NCBI GenBank assembly: GCA_041641305.1
Contig: JBEPYN010000002.1
Span: forward strand, 192,001 to 256,000
Source of the DNA: Nitrososphaerota archaeon
Lineage (GTDB): Archaea > Thermoproteota > Nitrososphaeria_A > Caldarchaeales > Caldarchaeaceae
Length of the DNA: 64,000 nucleotides
Reading direction: 5' to 3'
Shown in pieces: positions 59,820 through 64,000 of this stretch. The notes beneath the pieces were generated by a model. It was not told the origin of the DNA, did no database searches, and saw only the letters and a list, made by a program, of their open reading frames with translations. Position numbers and translations under genes: made by a program. Every line of letters starts with the position of its first letter. Positions within the stretch are counted from its first letter, which is position 1.

Positions 59820-60696
59820 AACCGATCGTCAAAATTTCTGGGAAAAACGTGATGATTTTCTGGTTAACGAGCGCGAGCCAGAGAAGTCCGCCCAACGTGG
59901 TGTTGATGTATGGGAGAAACCAGTAGACACGGTTTATGTCGCGTCCAAATACCAGAACAGATAGCGGCACCGTGGGGTAGATAAGAGCCAAAAAGCTTAG
60001 AGGATGAAATCCCGTGAGAGTTACGGCTAGATATGCTAGACCACCCCAGAAAACCGTCACGAGGATCAGCGCCTTTTTTCTGCCCATGACGACGGCCGTG
60101 GTCCTGATTCCCACAGAGCGGTCGAACTCTATATCTGGAATCGCTGAGAAAATATGCATAGCAGCTATGTGTAGAAATCCTGCTAAGAGTATTAGTGGGT
60201 CGGGCAGACGACCTGAGGCGATATAGTGGCCGAATACGCCGGGCATGATGTAGAGATAGTTAGACGCGAAGTCTAGAAAGGGTCTACTCTTGAAACGTAT
60301 AGGTGGCGCGCTGTAGAAAATCGACAGAAACAAAAACCCGCCAAAGAGGATACGCGCCATGTTATCTTGAATAAGCATCAGCCCAAAGCTAATGCCAAGC
60401 ACGCCGAGAAGCATTTTCCGCAACCTAATCCTGTCCTCGCCCATGACTCGGATCTCCTTCAGATCTTTCTTGGGGTTAATGGCGTCAGTTTCCACATCAA
60501 AATAGTCGTTAACACCATAAATCAGTATGTTTGCGGGGACGAAGAAGTAGATGAGGTAAATGTAGTATTCGGGGCGGAGAAAGTCGCTGAACCCTGATGC
60601 GCCGAGAGTGTAGCCCACGACATATGGCCCCGCGGAGTAAATCCAGAAGCGGAATCGCGAAATTTTGAGCACTTTCTTGACAGTTTCTAGGGCCAT
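59806..60696 (-). CDS. UbiA-family prenyltransferase, lycopene elongase (LyeJ/CrtEb-like)
   Basis: SRFRFWIY, YGVNDYFD.ETD.INPKK, YSAPP.RFK, HIFSAIPDI..D; crt context. Confidence 0.85.
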   Translation of the reverse strand: MALETVKKVLKISRFRFWIYSAGPYVVGYTLGASGFSDFLRPEYYIYLIYFFVPANILIYGVNDYFDVETDAINPKKDLKEIRVMGEDRIRLRKMLLGVLGISFGLMLIQDNMARILFGGFLFLSIFYSAPPIRFKSRPFLDFASNYLYIMPGVFGHYIASGRLPDPLILLAGFLHIAAMHIFSAIPDIEFDRSVGIRTTAVVMGRKKALILVTVFWGGLAYLAVTLTGFHPLSFLALIYPTVPLSVLVFGRDINRVYWFLPYINTTLGGLLWLALVNQKIITFFPEILTIGYADF

Positions 60697-61571
60697 GTGA
60701 GTTCACCGGGGATAATTTTGTGCCGTAAAGCCATGACAAAATTGAGGTTGGCCCTGTAAACCACCCTCCTCTTTCTTGGTTTAATCTTACGCAGAAAAAC
60801 CATCCAAGGATTTCTGTAAATAATCTTCGCGGTCCACTTGTACATGTCAGCAGCCGTCTTAATCGGTATAAGAAAACGGTAGGGAATGTATCTATAGCCT
60901 TGTTCAGCGAACCGCTGCCACTCAAGATAACGCTCGATCTGCCGCCGGATAAACTTTGCAAAATTCTCCTGTTTTCCGCAGAAACGCGACGGCTCAAAAT
61001 CTTCAATCCCATACATCCTCATCTCCTCATAGGGTAGATACTGGCGGCCCAGCTCATAGTCTTCGCGAATATCTCTTATGAAGTTGATGTACTGCATAGC
61101 TCGGCCGAGAAACCTTGCGTAGATATAGGACTCTTCCGGCAAGTCTAGGATTTTAGCCATAAAGAGGCCAACAACCTCTGCGGAGCCATACATGTAGACG
61201 CAGAGCTCATCAAGTGTGTAGTATGTTTTGCGGTAAAGGTCTGACTGCATAGCGTCAAGAAAAGCTGTTACCCATTCCTGCTCGAATTTCTTCCGGTTGG
61301 CGAGTTCTATGAACTCGGTGATGACGATGTCTGATGATGGATATCCAGCTGCAGCTCTCTCATACTCTTCTCTGAAGGTATAAAATCCCTCAATATCCTG
61401 CGGGATTGTGTCCACATAGTTGTCTGCTTTTCGCAGGAATGCGTAGAGTTTGAATACGTCTACTTTGACGTTGGTGGGGAAGAAGAGAGTACTGTTGAAA
61501 TAGGTTGTGCTCCCTCTTTGGAATAGGTTGAGAAAGGGTTTCGCGACGGGCGGAGGGTTTGGAGAAAACAT
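60687..61571 (-). CDS. crtB: Phytoene synthase
   Basis: LYAFLRKADNYVD, YMYGSAEVVG, QYINFIRDIRED. Confidence 0.9.
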   Translation of the reverse strand: MFSPNPPPVAKPFLNLFQRGSTTYFNSTLFFPTNVKVDVFKLYAFLRKADNYVDTIPQDIEGFYTFREEYERAAAGYPSSDIVITEFIELANRKKFEQEWVTAFLDAMQSDLYRKTYYTLDELCVYMYGSAEVVGLFMAKILDLPEESYIYARFLGRAMQYINFIRDIREDYELGRQYLPYEEMRMYGIEDFEPSRFCGKQENFAKFIRRQIERYLEWQRFAEQGYRYIPYRFLIPIKTAADMYKWTAKIIYRNPWMVFLRKIKPRKRRVVYRANLNFVMALRHKIIPGELTWP

Positions 61572-63041
61572 TTACATCATCTCCTTTCGCAGTTTGTTGC
61601 GAATAATTTCGGCGGATATCAGAACCATCGGTACACCTATTCCCGGGTGAGTATATTGGCCGCTGTAGTAAAGGTTCTTTACTTTTTTGCTTCTGTGCCG
61701 AGGTCGCCAGAAAGCTGTTTGGCTAAGTGTGTGGGCGAGTCCTAGCGCCGAGCCCTTGTATGCGTTATAACGTGTTGAGAAGTCTCTTATGCTGAAGAAT
61801 TGTTTCAAAACGATGTTTTCACGGATGTTTTCGCCTGTTTTCTGCTCGAGGTCACGGAGAACGTTGTTGAAGAGGACTTCGCGTTTATTGTCGTCATCTT
61901 CTATTCCGTAGGCAACCGGTATCAGTATAAAGACCGCTTCTCCTCCTGCCGGTGCAGCTGTATCATCTATCTTCGATGGAACATGCACATAGTAGGAAGC
62001 ATATTCAGGCCATTTTGCATATCGTGGATCGAATATTTGATAGAAGTTTTCGCCCCAGTCTTTTTCGAGGAAGATGTTGTGCGGAATAAGGTTTTTGATT
62101 TTTTTGTCAACTCCAACGTACGCGATAAGAGCTGATGGGGTGAACATGCGTTTGTTCCAGTAGTTGGCGTCATAGGTGCGGTAACGTGGCTCGAGAACCT
62201 TGGTCTCGAAATTTGCGTAGTCGGCGTTGACCACGACAGCGTCAACATTTATTGAAAATCCGTTTGCGTGGACACGTTCGGCTCTTGAGTTTTTCACCTC
62301 GATTTTTTTAACCTCATGGCCGAGGAGAAACTCCACACCTTCCTGCTTCGCGAGCCTGTATAATGTGTCGACAACCTGTCTAATACCGTGCTCAGGCATG
62401 TAGACGCCTTGGACAAGTTTGACGTAGTTGAGTATGGCGTAGAAAGCCGGTGCCTTGGCTGGAGGTGTTCCGATGAATCCGATGGAGTAGAGAAGCAATT
62501 TACGGGCCTTATCGGATTGGAACCATTTTTTGACATATGATTCGACGGATTCAAATATGTTGATTTTGATGCCTTGGGCAAGTATCTCCGGGTTGATGAA
62601 GCTGAGGGGTGAGTCGAGGTCGAGGTAGAGGGTTTTGGATATGCTTTGGTAGAGCTCTTCGCATTTCGTAAGAAACCTTCGGAGCTTTTCACCCCCGTTT
62701 GGCTCAAGGTGGTCGAATAGAAGGATGTTTTCCTCAAGCTCTGCCGATATATCGAGCCTAACTCCGTCATCGAAGTAGACCCGGTACCCTGGATCAAGCT
62801 TCAGAAGGTTGTAGAAGTCAGAGGTTTTTTTGCCAAAATGGCTATAGAAACGGTCGAATATTTCCGGCATCAGATACCAGGTGGGGCCCATGTCGAAGGT
62901 GAACCCGTCGCGGCTGAACACTCCCGCTCTTCCGCCGACATTCTCGTTTTTCTCGACAACAGCAACCTCATGACCGTCCCTAGCCAACAGAGCCGCTGCC
63001 GCAAGCCCGCCGACGCCAGCGCCTATGACCGCGATTCTCAA
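61572..63041 (-). CDS. crtI: Phytoene desaturase family
   Basis: IGAGVGGL, GGRA, FDMGPTWY, PGIGVPMVLISA. Confidence 0.9.
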   Translation of the reverse strand: MRIAVIGAGVGGLAAAALLARDGHEVAVVEKNENVGGRAGVFSRDGFTFDMGPTWYLMPEIFDRFYSHFGKKTSDFYNLLKLDPGYRVYFDDGVRLDISAELEENILLFDHLEPNGGEKLRRFLTKCEELYQSISKTLYLDLDSPLSFINPEILAQGIKINIFESVESYVKKWFQSDKARKLLLYSIGFIGTPPAKAPAFYAILNYVKLVQGVYMPEHGIRQVVDTLYRLAKQEGVEFLLGHEVKKIEVKNSRAERVHANGFSINVDAVVVNADYANFETKVLEPRYRTYDANYWNKRMFTPSALIAYVGVDKKIKNLIPHNIFLEKDWGENFYQIFDPRYAKWPEYASYYVHVPSKIDDTAAPAGGEAVFILIPVAYGIEDDDNKREVLFNNVLRDLEQKTGENIRENIVLKQFFSIRDFSTRYNAYKGSALGLAHTLSQTAFWRPRHRSKKVKNLYYSGQYTHPGIGVPMVLISAEIIRNKLRKEMM

Positions 63042-63269
63042 CCCGGCTTTAGCATCGGTCCATTACTATAAAATTCTAATCCTGTTACAAGGAAATATCA
63101 GAACGGGTATTGTCATCACCGTTCAGAAATACCCGCTCTCATCACGTCTAGAATGTTTTTACACCCGCTTTTAAATAAATTCCACATCGTTTTTGCATGG
63201 ACGTGAGTAGTCTATTTAAAGGTAACAAAAATCAACATAAAAAAGCCACCCCGACAAATCAACCGCCGG

Positions 63270-63566
63270 GTGAATACACGTAAAATGCCTGATAAACATG
63301 AGCTTGTTCTGACCCGGCTTGTTCTCGATGTGCTAAAGCCCCATAAACCCGGGATGGTCGAGTTCGCGCAGGCTTTGACGGGGCTCAAGGGTGTGACGAG
63401 GGTGGAGGTATCCATCATAGAGGTTGACGCAGACACCGAAACCGTCAAACTAACCATAGAAGGCAACAACATCAGCTACGAGCAGATCGCCAACGCCGTC
63501 AAACAACTCGGCGCCGCAGTACACAGCGTAGACCAAGTAACCTACGCACAGCCAGGCAAACAATAA
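63270..63566 (+). CDS. DUF211-family archaeal protein
   Basis: RLVLDVLKPH.P...EG..I...G.AVHSVD. Confidence 0.85.
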   Translation: MNTRKMPDKHELVLTRLVLDVLKPHKPGMVEFAQALTGLKGVTRVEVSIIEVDADTETVKLTIEGNNISYEQIANAVKQLGAAVHSVDQVTYAQPGKQ

Positions 63567-63597
63567 ACATAAAAACCATTCAGCACAAAAATACATC

Positions 63598-63670
63598 AGC
63601 CCCGTCGTCTAGCGGCCAAGGATGCGGGCCTTTGGAGCCCGCGACGTGGGTTCAAATCCCACCGGGGCTA
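63598..63670 (+). tRNA. tRNA-Gln(TTG)
   Basis: AGCCCCG...CGGGGCT acceptor, anticodon arm CGGGC-CTTTGGA-GCCCG, GTTCAAATCC. Confidence 0.95.
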
Positions 63671-63774
63671 ATCTTGACAAAAAAATGGATGGCTATGCAG
63701 CTGCGAATAGGCAACATCCTTTCCCTCTCAAGATATGCAGCTAACGTTGTAGAGCGGATGTGATTTGCAGGTTT

Positions 63775-64000
63775 TCAGTTGATTTCGACAAGCTCGTCCG
63801 CAGGTATGAACCTGCTGTACCAGCTTCGGTATTTTTCGGGAGTTGTTATGTGGAGCTGAATAGGCGCCTCAAGCTGCTTATAGACCTCAACCATCATTTC
63901 ATACTTTCTCGACAAATCATCTGTTACGACGAGGATGTCTATGTCGCTTGCGGCTGTGTATCGGCCGCGGACAACTGAGCCGAAGACAAACACTCTAACA
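63775..64000 (-). CDS. MNT nucleotidyltransferase (5' partial)
   Basis: VFGSVVRG...SDIDILV. Confidence 0.85.
   Translation of the reverse strand, partial: VRVFVFGSVVRGRYTAASDIDILVVTDDLSRKYEMMVEVYKQLEAPIQLHITTPEKYRSWYSRFIPADELVEIN

Noticed and set aside
63671-64000. tRNA-Gln as an integration site
   Set aside because: The adjacent MNT is suggestive, but no integrase or duplicated tRNA 3' end is visible in the window.

Overview
A 64-kb archaeal chromosome segment. RadA, Fen1, Top6B, Cdc48, RpoP, S17e/S19e, Rpp21, FtsZ, Csa1 and a D-arm-intron tRNA together suggest a thermophilic Caldarchaeum/'Aigarchaeota'-type archaeon (inference). Most of the window is housekeeping: ilv/leu genes, gnd, pyk, 2-oxoacid dehydrogenase E1, a split glutamate synthase, dys and cdrS-ftsZ. 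Accessory patches: (i) an amber-interrupted archaeal ATPase behind a tandem perfect palindrome; (ii) a frameshifted GIY-YIG nuclease; (iii) an islet inside the ilv cluster (IS5-like remnant, secreted Thr-rich/HEHG protein, Hjc pseudogene); (iv) a defence island (13.0-19.6 kb) whose core is a fused type IIG restriction-modification enzyme with an extra C-terminal beta-sandwich, abutting a protease-less BrxL ATPase, with no other BREX genes nearby; (v) a lone csa1/cas4 with a 6-repeat CRISPR array beside an HPPY-type DNA methyltransferase coupled to an unknown gene; (vi) a crtI-crtB-lycopene elongase operon ending in a pyrimidine-dimer glycosylase. Top candidates for new biology: the IIG-RM/BrxL pair, a Leu-codon leader peptide with alternative pairings upstream of leuA, and a mirror-image GT-to-CA strand skew centred on the RM specificity region. 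All family calls come from motif recognition by eye; no searches were run.
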